64,000 nt of DNA from Microthyrium microscopicum (Eukaryota). The notes under the pieces were generated by a model. That model worked only from the letters and a program-made list of their open reading frames with translations. It was not told the DNA's origin and made no database searches. Positions 42,001 through 53,314 of the stretch are shown here, one piece after another. Location: contig MU004230.1 of the NCBI GenBank assembly GCA_010405405.1, positions 158,627-222,626 on the forward strand. Direction: 5' to 3'. The position numbers and the translations under genes were made by a program. The stretch's first letter is position 1, and each line of letters begins with the position of its first letter.

Positions 42001-43918
42001 TAGGACTAACTAATATAGAGCGTAGCAAGTTATTATTAGCATTCTTATTAAGATTAGCGTAAGGGTTATTTATTTTCTTAGGTACCTTAGATTTTTAAAA
42101 GACTTTAACTTATACTTAAAGCATTATAACTTTATTAACTTTCTACTAAAGTATAATTTAGAACTAATCTAGTTTAAAGGATTAAGACGTAACTATATCT
42201 TTTAGAAAAGCGTTATTATACTAGAAGTTATTTATAGTTTTACAAATAGTAACTCTCTTATTAAGAGAGACGTCGCTATCTTAAAGTCTAGTATTTAGCT
42301 ATAGGATCTCTACTTAACAGTCTTTATTTACTTTTATAAAGTTATCCATTAGATTCTAGTTTTATTTAGCATCTTCCTCTAGCTAAGCACTATAGACTTT
42401 CTCTTTATTTAATTACTTAGCTTAGATAATATTTATATCTCATTCTATATTATAAAGGTAGAATATAGCCTATATCTTTAAGTAGTAATTAAACAATATT
42501 ATAATAAATTCGTTAAGGTCTAGGCTACCTTTTAAAGTACAAGTAAGGCCTTAGCTAGATTAGATAACAAAGTAATTATAATATAGTAGTTCTAAGTCCT
42601 CTAAGGTCTTTTATACTATTAGTAGAGTAAGCTCTAACTTCTAGCCTTCTTAACTAAGCAATACTTAGCGCGCTATAACTTAGAATTATAATAACTTATA
42701 GTCTACTAAGAAATTAATAATATAATTTAAGTCTATAGTAACTATATAATAGCTTTTAAATATTAAAGGAACGTCTACTAATTCTAAATTCTTTTATATA
42801 ACTACTAACTATTTAATAATTTCTTATAGTAAGCTAGTATTATTTTTAAAGATTCTATAAATTTTAGTAATATTACCTTCCTCTTTACTTCTAAATTCCT
42901 TATCTCCTTTATAAGTAGTATCTTTAATATACTATTTTAAGAGTTCTACTCCCTTATTATTATAAATTAGGGCTTTTCCCTTACTCTCTTTTTATAATAA
43001 CCTAAGTAACTAGTTATTATTATCTTTATTAAAGTTTACTAATAATTTCTATAGTTCTTAATTACGTATAAGTAGCTTCTCTATAGATTATAAAATCTAT
43101 ATAGTATCTTAAGTATCTAACTAGCTAATATCTAGTATAGTAAAAGAGTAACCTAAGATTAATAAGTAATACAAAAAAAATAGAGATTAATAATAATTAA
43201 GCTAGTTAGCCTTACGCTAAAGTAAAAAAGATTAATATAAATAGCTATCTACTCTACGTCTACTCTATAGTAGTAAAGAAACTTAGTTACTTATAATAGT
43301 AATAAATTCTTACTAGCTATTAGAGTCTTTAATTAATAATTACTACGAAAGAAATTTAGAGTTAAGAATAATTTTAGTTCAAAGGTAGTATTTAGAGAGA
43401 TTATAGTAAGAAAGATAAATTTAGTATTCTTACATATAAGCAATTAAGAAGTAATCAAAGCTTAGACCTTTTATTAATCTAATACTAATTAAAATAATTA
43501 GTGTTAGAGAATCCTAACGCGCTAATTAGTTTTAGTATTATTAGATTTTAAAGTAAAGCTTAAAATTTTAAAGTCCTACGTATAAAGTATAATAGGATAT
43601 TACCTATATAGAGAGTAATAAGATATTACCTACGCTAAACGATTTAAAGCTTTTTTAATACGTAGTATAAGTGTATAACGATTTTATAGTATGTAGATTA
43701 TATAATAAGTAGTAGGACTCAGAGTAAGTAAATAATTAGCTAGTATTTAAGAATCTACGTACAAGAGAGAGAGAAAGAAGATCTAGAACTACTATAGATC
43801 TATAAGGGAAGTAAGTCTACTTAGTAGAACTTTAGACGCACTAATACTCTCTAAGTCTAGTGCGTAATCTTACAACACTAAGATCTCTCTTAATATAGCA
43901 CTATAAGGAATTATTATA
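36036..43918 (-). mobile_element. Ty3/gypsy LTR retrotransposon D (RIP-degenerate; relative of B), inserted in element C
   Basis: 218-bp LTRs 36036-36253 and 43701-43918; TSD GTAAG; PPT complement TAATCCCCCTCTTT after 36253; element-strand LTR begins TGTAATAATTCC as in element B; minus-strand pol remnants about 36700-40500. Confidence 0.93.
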
Positions 43919-46683
43919 GTAAGCTTCTTAGTCTTCTTTATTTAGTTTAAGGAATTTTATAACTAGGTAATAGCGTCTTTATAAGTATTATGCTTCTAAG
44001 TATATTAATTTAGGTTCTTCTAGAACTCTATTATATTAGAGTATAAGTTTAGTAATTTATATTACATATAGTCCTTAACAAACCTAAGAGTAATATTAAG
44101 AGTTTTACTATATACCTAAATAGTAGTATTTAGTTTTATAAGGAAAGAGGCTTACTTATTATAAAGATAGTCTTTAATATAAAGCTTCTATATAAGATAT
44201 TATTTAGGGTTATAACTAGAGTATTTATCTAGATTACTTTATTTACGTTTCTTACTTTTACTACTAGCTAAGGATTTAGATACTACTAGGGTTAGGCTAT
44301 TAGTTTAAATACAAGAGACTTATTAATAAAGGAAAGGCATTACTTACTTATTATTAGAGTTAAGTTAGTAGATATTCTTTTTAAACTTATATACGAACTA
44401 ACTAAGCTAGTCTTTAAGATCTTTATTTTAGAAGTAAAGGGCTATAATCTCGTTACGCTTCTTAATATAAGAGGTATATAGTTATTTAATATTATTAAGT
44501 ACTTTATTAAGTTCCTATTAATTTATATTATAAGCGTTTTCTAGGTAGAAGACGCGTTTATTATCCTTATAGTTAGCTTTAATTACGTAGTTAAGTTATT
44601 AGTAAAGTTAATTTGCTTTTATACGTACTTTATTAGTTATAACTATAGCGTTATTAAGTTTATTAGTTATATCTTTAATACCTTATTTATAGTATTAATA
44701 AGTATTTATTATATTATTTAGTTAGGTATAGGTCTCTTAAGTATAGAGATTAGCTACTTAAGCTAATTTAATATAATTATATAGCTATTTAAACTAAAGT
44801 TCTAATAATATAGTAATACTATAAAGGAATTTTTTATAAGTCTTAATAATTTCTAGATATAAGTTACCTTAAGTATAACGTATAAGTATAGAGTCTAGAA
44901 AGACGCTTTTAATAGTACTATCTAAAAGAATAGTTTTCTAAGCTTAGAAAGTAACTTCTTTATAAAGAAGTTATACTAAGGATACTTAATTCTTCTTATC
45001 TAGAGTAATTAATTAGTAAGTAATAAGGTAAAAAGGTATCTAGTAGTTTAATAGTAACTCTTTAATCTAGGCCTAGTCTACTAGTTAAAGAGTAGCAATT
45101 AGAAAATTAGTAGAGAATATCTTCTCTTTACTTTTATTTTAGAATTATAATTAGCTATAAATATAGCTACTCTTAGTAATTTTTAGAATATTAAATAGTA
45201 GAGGTACCTTAGCTATAGAGCTATAATAGGAGTATAAGGAATTATAGTATAAAGCTTAGCTATAAGGTAGTTCTATTATAGTATTATTATTATTACTATT
45301 AATCTAAGTATAAGGTAGTATAATTATAGACTAAGTAGTATTTTAAGTCCCTAATTACTATTACTCGTAAAGATAAGATATAGAATAAGTCCTATAGATC
45401 TTATTAGTATCTTCTATAGTAAGATAAGAGTTTAATATAAAGTAAATATAAATAGTAGATATAGGCACTAAGAAGTCTTAAGACGAAGTATAAATAGGTT
45501 ATAAAAGTATAATAAGTAATTTAGAAAAAAAAATAAAAGGTTTAATTTATTATAGTTTATTTTTAGGGCTTATTATAATATAGTAAAATAAGTAAAGTTT
45601 TACTATAAGTATAGTAGTAGAGAGAAGTAGTAGTAGTAAAGAAAAATTATTAACCTATAAGTCTAGTAGAGTAGAAGTTCTAAGTTAATTAGAGTCCTTT
45701 AAGCCTTTTAATTAGATACTAGAAGTCTAAGCTTCTAATAAGGTTAAGAATTAAGAGTTTATATATTTACTACGCTAGTAAGTTAAATTTACTAAGATCT
45801 AAAAATAGGATTCTATATTTATATAGGTAGATATATTAAATCTTTAGATTTTAATATGCTAAAAATTAGGATTATTTTTTAAATAGTATAAAGTATTAGT
45901 TTTATATTAGGGACCTATAAGCGTAAGGATATAAGCTAATAGTAGATATAATTTAAGAAAACTAATATAAAGAATCTAAAAGAGAGAGTAGAGAATAGTT
46001 ATAGGTAAGCTATACTAAATAATCCTTAGGCGCTAAGCCCTTAGTATTACGTAATAAGGAATACTAATAATATTACAATAGAATTAATAGTAGTAGATTC
46101 GTAATAGATACTAATTAGGCTAAAGATACTAATTAGGCTAAAGCTTTATAGCGTAAGAAGCGCGTTATTAAACCTTTAGCGCGCGTTTATAAGAATATTA
46201 TAGCTAATAAAGATCTTAAAATCGTAGAATTACACTACTAAATTATAGCTCTTTAGGCTACTTTAGCTTAACTAATACTATAATATAGAGGGCGCAGAGA
46301 ACGTAGATTTTATAAAGGATAAGGAGGACAAGCTTATAGTAAGTAATTATAATATTATTATACTAAAAATAGAGTTAGAATAGGATATAGGATACTTAAT
46401 TTATTACTATATTAAAAATAGGGTTAAGATATATTATAGAATAATTATTTTATACTTTAAAAATAGTAAAGAGATATTATATAGTTAAGATTCTATAGAT
46501 TTTATAGTTTTATGCCTAAAATTATAGTATTCTTAGGATTATAGCTTTAAAGCTACTAATATAGTTTTAGTACTTTAGTTTTATAAAATATTAGATCTTT
46601 AGATACTAAAATTATGCTTTAGTACCACTATAATACTATAAATTTATCACGAGCTTCCTATTTAGGAATAGCTCCAGACCAAC

Positions 46684-46769
46684 ATCCTTTGGCTTCGGAT
46701 ATTTGAGGGGACGAATAAGCGGAGATCAGGGGTCGAATAAGGCGACGGAGGGGACGTTTAAAAGCCGTC
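46684..46769 (-). repeat. right TIR of MULE
   Basis: Reverse complement of 11260-11345; followed by TSD TTCTTGAAA. Confidence 0.97.
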
Positions 46770-47200
46770 TTCTTGAAACAGGGTTTCGCCAAAACTTCAG
46801 TTATTAGCCCCTTCCAGGCTGTCACTGACGGATACTATTATTGAAATAACTGAAACAGGAGGCCTCTGCATAACAGCTCCATAAATAGCAGAGAACATAC
46901 CCTCAGTTCTTGGCATTTGGTTGGTACTACAGTCTTAGGGTATGAAAAGTGGCTGATACGATGATCGACCAAGTTGACAATTGCAAAATCAGGCACAATA
47001 GACAAGGAGATACGTCCAATTATTGCATTTGGGGTATAATAAATGCGAAGATGAAGTGAACACTCTGCAGAGTCTGTATATAAGGCGGAACGCCAGTCCA
47101 TGATATCACTCAATTCAGCAACCAACATTCCTTCAATCTCAACATCACTGCAAAACAACAATCTACACTCACTAAATCCAACTACCAAAACTCAATCAGA

Positions 47201-47541
47201 ATGAAGTTCACTTTCACCGCTATCAGCCTCATCAGCCTTGTTGCTGCCCAACTCGCTCCCGGCAGTCTCCCAGCCTGTGGCCGCGACGCTCTCCAGCGTG
47301 GCGAAAGTGCCAGCCGATGCGGCGCTGGTGGTATGTCATTAGAACAATGCTTCCGCTATAACGACTAACAAGATATCTAGATACACGATGCTTGTGTGCC
47401 GCTCCTCAGGTGCGATCTGCTTTCCAGCAGGATGTCAATTCAGCCTGCCCAAACCGTGATGATAAGCAAAAGTACGCCAGCACTTTCAACCGCGCTTGCG
47501 GTGGACAGCCTGGATTTAACGCTATTCGCGTTCCAAACTAG
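47201..47541 (+). CDS. small secreted CFEM-like protein (96 aa, 6 Cys); missed by ORF track
   Basis: Exons 47201-47330 and 47381-47541 (intron GTATGT...ACTAAC...TAG): MKFTFTAISLISLVAAQLAPGSLPACGRDALQRGESASRCGAGDTRCLCAAPQVRSAFQQDVNSACPNRDDKQKYASTFNRACGGQPGFNAIRVPN*. Signal peptide; PxC...CxxxDxxCxC pattern; TATATAA about 120 bp upstream. Confidence 0.85.
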
Positions 47542-48107
47542 GCCCAGCTACTTGGTTAGCCGGACATCTCGTGGTCTTCGGGGGTTGTCTGTAGTAGGCT
47601 GGCAGAGCGTGGATGAAATTGTACAGTAGTCTTGTAAAGATTATTTCATGAATGAAAGGCATTGTTCAACACTCTTGACCATTCAGTTTGGAACAACTTA
47701 TTGTGTCCCTTTTCACCTTTCGCCTAGTTTGACAAACTCATAATACTTGTTTGATCGCCTATGAGATGATTAGGACATATCGAGCGAGCGAAGCATATCA
47801 CAAGTCCTGAGATTATATACCACTTCACCAAATATCGCCATGCACCCATCAATCTCAGAAGAAAATATATTCACGAACAATGTATTTCGCCAGAGACATG
47901 CCAGTCTCCATTCGCTAACATATGATGCAACAACTAGCCACCATCCAGCCAGTATGCAAAAAGGTTCCCATTTTATACAAAACCACACAGTCCGAACCTT
48001 CCAAAATGCCTTAGCCACGCCTGGGCTGTCCATAGGTTCCGAGCGAAGCCAGCAAATATCCCACATAAACGACCGACTAAGCCAAAGCGCCGCTGATCCA
48101 GCCATGC

Positions 48108-51100
48108 CTAATCTTTGACTTTGTTCTGGCGCTTCGCAGTCCCAATGTGAGTATTATGGACCTTTGTCGCAAACTTCAGACTCGTCACCGTCTCGCTTAG
48201 ATGAGCCTGGAGTGGACTGATCATGACGAACATGAGGGTCTTTGAGTTCCCGCCCAAAGAGTGTTGAAGCAGATAGGTCAACTGGAGGATTATGTTAGCA
48301 AGTGCTGCTTAAGCGAATGGTTGGATGACTTACTTTGCTGTTGCGGTAGGGAATGTGGCCGCTATCTCCTCGACCGAGAGCACCGATGACATCGCCAAGG
48401 CAGCTCAGGCTCTTATTGATGTTTTGAGTTTCTTTGAGTCGTTGACCCTCAGCTTGAGAGTGGGCGAGACGTTCGCTACCGGCCAGATCGACAAGATTGA
48501 GAGTACCTTCGCTGCGCTCTCCGGTTATTGAGTTCTCGCCGACAAGGGTGAGAATGAAGACCGAGTGACTTCGGGAGGAACGTTGGTTGGCTTTAGTTGC
48601 GGCGACACTTCGATTTCGATCGGCGCGGTTCAGGACACCTTCGACAGCTTCAGGCGAGTCCAGAGGCATGATTGTGACATCAGTGATGGTTGTTTTCATC
48701 TTTTGCATGTCGTGCCGAATCTCATGCTTTTTCTTATCGAACTCCTCGGCTCGGCCAAGAAGATCATTCAGATTCTCATTGTATACTTCGACAAACGAGC
48801 CCTCCATCTTGTAAGACCAACCTTTCTCTTCCAGCGCCTTGGCCCAGCCGTAGATTTGGCGGACCGCACGAGGGATCATACCATCTGACGAACTCATGGT
48901 ATACGTCTTTCCGGAACCTGTTTGGCCATAGCAGAATATACACACATTGTAGCCATCAAGTGCACTTTGAATGAGCTGGCTTATTTCGTCGAATATCTCG
49001 CCATTTGTGGACGAGGGACCAAACACTCGGTCGAAGGAAAAGGGATGTTGAGGGCGAGTAACGTTGCCCAGAGCGCTCTTTGTTTCAGCACCGAATATGA
49101 CCACCTCTTTGGCCTCATCATCGAGATCCGGATACTTTATTTTAGCATTTTCTTCTTCTTCGTCTTCAAGCGTTGGCCGTACTCGGCAGAACACGCGGAT
49201 ATTGCCTTTAAGTTCCTGAACTTGGTTGTGAAGCTTACGGCGCAATGTCTCCTCGGCACGAAGCTTTTCTATAGCCTCGTCCCGGGCGGCGACGGCCTCT
49301 TGGGTCTGGCGATGTAGAGTTGCAAAGGCAGAAGATTGCTGTTGATTGTTGGACTCGAGGAAGTCGATCTGCGCTTCTATCGCCTGATTCTTCGAAGTCA
49401 TGGTAAACAGCTCGGTAATCTTTTGTTGTAGTTGGAGCTCTAGTGCTGCTCGCATCGTTCGTTCCCGTTCCAAGTCCGCAATCTTCTGGGTCAGGTCGTC
49501 TCGTATCGAATCAGCCTCTCGCTCCTTGTTGCCGATGCTCGTGGCGATCTTTTCGATTTGAGCGTCGCGCTGGCGAGCTAGCTCCTCCACCTCCGTTGCC
49601 CGTCGAGCCTTTTCGTCCTGCAGCTCGTTCTGATGTTTCCGCACGAGATCGGATACCTCCAAGTTATGCTCACGTTGCAAAGCGGAGATTTGCTCGCGGG
49701 TTTCTCGTTGGGCGGATTGCAAATCATTTCCGGCAGCCGATGTCATTCGTTCCATGTCCCGCGAATGCTTCTCCGTCATGGATTCGATCTCGTAACGATG
49801 CTTCCGCTCCATGTCGTCAATTTCGATTTCCATAGTGCGTTGTATTTTCTCGGTCTCGAAAGCGAGTTGCTGACTCTCGAGCTTCAGCTGGTCGTATTCG
49901 CTTCGCAACGAGCTGTTGACCGACTCTTGCTTGTCCCGAGCAGCCTCCAAATCCAGGATCTTTGTTCTCATCGCATCGGTGAGCTCCTTCATACTGCTTC
50001 GCTCGAATGTCGTGCCCATCATTTGGGTTTTTAGTCCTTCGTACATACCTTCTATGACCGCGATGCGGTTTTCGACCTCACGTGGATTTTCCCAACCTGG
50101 CGCTGTCAAGTTAGAATCTTTATTAAGAAACTTGGCCTTTGTAGGAGAAGAGAAAGGAGACGCGCGAGAAGGAGATGCTGCGCGAGACTTTTGTGGACTC
50201 TTGCAGTTGTCTTCCGCCTTTGGAGGTGGTAACATGATGGCGGGCGGTTTAGTTGCAGGAGTCTTCTGAGGTATCTTACTACCCAGCACAGACTGCGACT
50301 GCTTCTTGACAGGCGTGGACGGCGATTTGTTTCGTCGGAGGGTCAGGTTATGCATAGCGAAAGAAATATCCTCGTCTTCGGGGATAGCTTCCAGCTGTGC
50401 ACGGTGGACTCTCTTTACAGTTGGAGATGCAAGAACGCTGGGTGATGAAACCGTTCTCGCAGATACATGTTTGGCAGTTGATGGTTGTCTATGAGGCAAA
50501 CTTAAACGTGTGCCTTTTAGACCCATTTTCTTGCTTTGAATCGATGACTGAGGAGTAGAAGAAATTGGTGGTTTACCATTGCTTGACCGGGAATCCTCTT
50601 CTTCCGGTTGTGATGGTTTTTGGGCGGGGGCGCGAAGTCCGACGTTTTGTGATTTGGCCCGCGCGTGGCCTTTGGGGTTTGGTTGTCTATATTGGGCGAG
50701 CATCGAGACGGGACGAGAGTTTGTAGATGCTGCCAAAGGACGCGCGTTAGGAAGTCGAGAGTTGTTAGACTGTGCTCCGTGGTTTTGTGCTCTCGAGCTC
50801 GGTCGCATGGTGTTGGAGGGCGGAGGCATTCTACTTGACATGCTCATGCCCATAGCAGAGGCAGGCCGTCGTTCCATGTGTGAGGCCGCCACCTTACGCT
50901 GCTTGCTTGGCGGCTCGGCAACTTCTTCGTTGTTAGAAAAGTCTTCGTAAAAGTCATCGGGGAGCATTGTACTATCGGAAGTCTTATGCTTCATCGCCGG
51001 AGGAAGGGGTAGTCCTGTAGCCCGAATATTGTTTTGCGACTCGGAGATTTCGTTGAGCTGGATTTTCGATTGTGCGGAGGGCATTTGAATACGGCTTGGA

Positions 51101-51204
51101 GGTCGGAGACCAGAGGGCGCTAGAGGCTATAGAATCGTTAACACGGCTCCACGTGAAATGTTGCTCCCATGTTTGCTACAGACCTTGTTCTCCGACTCCA
51201 TCAT
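48108..51204 (-). CDS. klpA: kinesin-14 C-terminal motor protein (KlpA/Kar3)
   Basis: Coiled coil followed by LKGNIRVFCRVRP, P-loop [44 protein letters not shown]. Introns 51127-51183 and 48282-48333 complete the ORF. Confidence 0.96.
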
Positions 51205-51698
51205 GAATACGGCTCTTGACAAGTAAAGAGCAAAAAGCTGTAAAGAAAAGAGAAGAGAAGCCAAACGCAATACTATGCTGAAGATAGAGCGTGAATAATG
51301 CGACGGGAAGGCGTGGGTATCGTGAAGTTGTATTGTCGTTGTTGGGATGGTAGGATTGGGAGTTGTTGTTGGTTCTTGAATTAGAGTAAACAAATCCCAA
51401 GGAGAGCAGGGAGTAAGGAAGCTTGCAGTGACTCTACGACAGGGATGCCCTTGCTAGCGTGCTTGAGCTTCGCGACAAAAGCACAGACTATTTTGGGAGA
51501 CGCCAAGACCTTCACATGCTGGCAAAAGCTGACCATCTTCACTTCCAGAAAATATCATCGTGATGCCACCTTGTTGTTGCCCAAAATAGCTTGCAGCTCC
51601 GATTTCTCAAACTAACTACACTTCTCATCAAGTATTCAGACATCTAGCTTCTATGGGATTGGATCTGTCGACTTCCTGCGCCATCGCCACCCACCAAC

Positions 51699-52888
51699 AT
51701 GGAGAAGTACTCTCAATTTCGAGATAGAGGTACGTTATTATATCCTTGACTATGGCTCTAATTATGATGTTGGTCTTCTTATTCCCATAGCGAGTATCTT
51801 TCAACGCCAGCAGGGGTGCTCTATTTCCTTTGCGACAGTGATCAAGAGCTGCAAACTCGTAGAACAACACTAACCACTTAACAGGATCTGGCGTTGCGCC
51901 ATTCTTCCCAGTCCCACGAGAAAGCTCCGGTGTATATCTACCATTCCATATATTCCTGTTCATTATACGACTGCCACTTCTCGTCGGTTTCGCGTTTACC
52001 TACTTTGTCATCTTCTCGTGGCTCCCAGTACCAGCTTACATTAAGAAACCCGCCCTTTGGGTCATACTTGGAATACCCGGTATATGGTGGATAGATCTAC
52101 AAATCGATGGGGTCAAGAGAGGCTCGCTTGCGAAACATCAAGATCGGTTGCCTCAGCCAAGCTCAATTATCGCCTCCTCGTTTACATCACCTATCGACTG
52201 TCTCTACCTGGCCGCAATATTTGATCCTATATTCACCGCATCTTATCCCAATACGCGCCTAGTACAGCAAATCTCGCTGGCCCAAGCCATATGGCGAGCA
52301 CTAACATCTCCTCAATCTCTTCCACCGCGTGGTGCGCGCCTTGTTCCTCTCTGGAAGCTCATGAAAGAGAATCCAGATTCCTTGATCGTCGTTCTCCCCG
52401 AATGCACAACCTCTAATGGACGCGGCATCCTCGGCTTATCACCCAGCATCTTAACTACTCCGCCAAACGCGAAGATATTCCCGGTCAATCTACGCTATTC
52501 GCCAGCAGATGTTACAACTCCTGTGCCAGGCACCTACATCTCTTTCTTGTGGGATCTCTGCGCAAAACCTACTCACTGTATTCGCGTACGAATCGCAGAG
52601 GCTGTCCAATTATCAGGAGTACGCTCGCAGCAATCTCTGAATGATTTTCCTGCGAGAGTTCGGGATGATGATAAATATACAGATAAGGAAATTGGCGCGT
52701 CTTTTGGTAGTGCAGAAACCTTGACCAATGACGATCTTCCGAGGGAACTGAACATCGAAGAACGCAAAGTGCTGGATCGGATAGCGGATGATCTTGCAAG
52801 GCTGGGGCGGGCCAAACGAGTCGGCCTTGGTGTTCAAGAAAAGGTCGACTTCATCAAAGTCTGGACCAAAACCAGACGGATATGGTGA
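51699..52888 (+). CDS. LOA1: lysophosphatidic acid:oleoyl-CoA acyltransferase (Loa1/Vps66 family)
   Basis: MEKYSQFRDRGSGVAPF N-terminus after intron 51730-51884; FTSPID and PECTTSNGRGIL acyltransferase motifs. Confidence 0.88.
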
Positions 52889-53314
52889 GAATCGCAAGAT
52901 AAAAACTCTTTGTCATGATACGAACCTGTAGACAGTACCGAACGACATCCCGGTGCGGTGTATTACATACAAAACGAATTAATGCATTTAACTGGAAACA
53001 TGAATAGCGTTCGAGATTCTACAATACATGATGCGCTTCTAGTCAGGGAAATTTTCCCCATGGCACTGTTGAAACAAAAGATTGTTTATTTCCCAACGTA
53101 CTCGATAGTGAGTCAAGCATTTTACGCATTCTATGGGAATGAAGTACATGATAGTAAAGGGCAGCATATGGTAGACATCATACTTGATGGGAGTGCCAGT
53201 TATTTTGTCCCCCAGTTGAACGCCCCTCTACTTGTCCAACCTCAAGGACAATTATCCAACCAGAAGAAATATTTACACCAAGCCAAACACCCATACCACC
53301 AGCATCACCATACA

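Larger units (their letters stand above)
21334..46106 (-). mobile_element. Ty3/gypsy LTR retrotransposon C (RIP-degenerate, ~7.4 kb native) hosting three further insertions
   Basis: 202-bp LTRs 21334-21535 and 45905-46106; TSD GATAC; PPT complement CTTCTCCTTTT right after 21535. Minus-strand RT remnants on both sides of element B (VKYLG-like near 24450; KFF..FDII..F near 32420-32460). Confidence 0.9.
11346..46683. other. AT-rich RIP-mutated repeat island
   Basis: Strong TpA excess and CpA/TpG depletion, almost no ORFs; differences between LTR pairs are nearly all C/T or G/A transitions. Confidence 0.95.
11260..46769 (+). mobile_element. Mutator-like (MULE/Hop-type) DNA transposon, RIP-inactivated, ~3.1 kb native, expanded to 35.5 kb by nested insertions
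   Basis: 86-bp TIRs (11260-11345 / 46684-46769, one mismatch) and 9-bp TSD TTCTTGAAA at 11251-11259 and 46770-46778. RIP-reverted + strand transposase motifs P.ILLLDCTY..N.Y.MPLL (from 19875) and TD...AL.N.....FP......LC.WH (20085-20162). Native segments 11260-12184, 19846-21333, 46112-46769. Confidence 0.93.

Noticed and set aside
46107..46142. 18-bp tandem duplication GATACTAATTAGGCTAAA x2 next to the LTR of element C
   Set aside because: Short tandem repeat native to the MULE (degenerate third unit before 21334); not CRISPR-like and does not change the GATAC TSD call.
11346..46683. Centromere
   Set aside because: AT-rich RIP DNA is compatible, but nothing in the sequence is diagnostic; needs CenH3 ChIP or Hi-C.
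11260..46769. Starship or other giant cargo-carrying element
   Set aside because: No tyrosine-recombinase captain or cargo genes; symmetric TIRs, a 9-bp TSD and MULE motifs with nested TEs account for the full length.
46838..48118. ORFs 46838-47188, 47396-47629, 47770-48105, 47840-48118
   Set aside because: Overlap the CFEM promoter/exon or 3' UTRs in other frames; no motifs.
48325..50950. Many + strand ORFs opposite the kinesin gene (and similar ones opposite HUL5 and the PAN-like gene)
   Set aside because: Antisense shadows of long coding frames.
51745..51850. Possible C/D snoRNA in the 155-bp LOA1 intron (ATGATGT, GCTCT/AGAGC stem)
   Set aside because: Imperfect C box, no CTGA D box, no recognisable rRNA guide.
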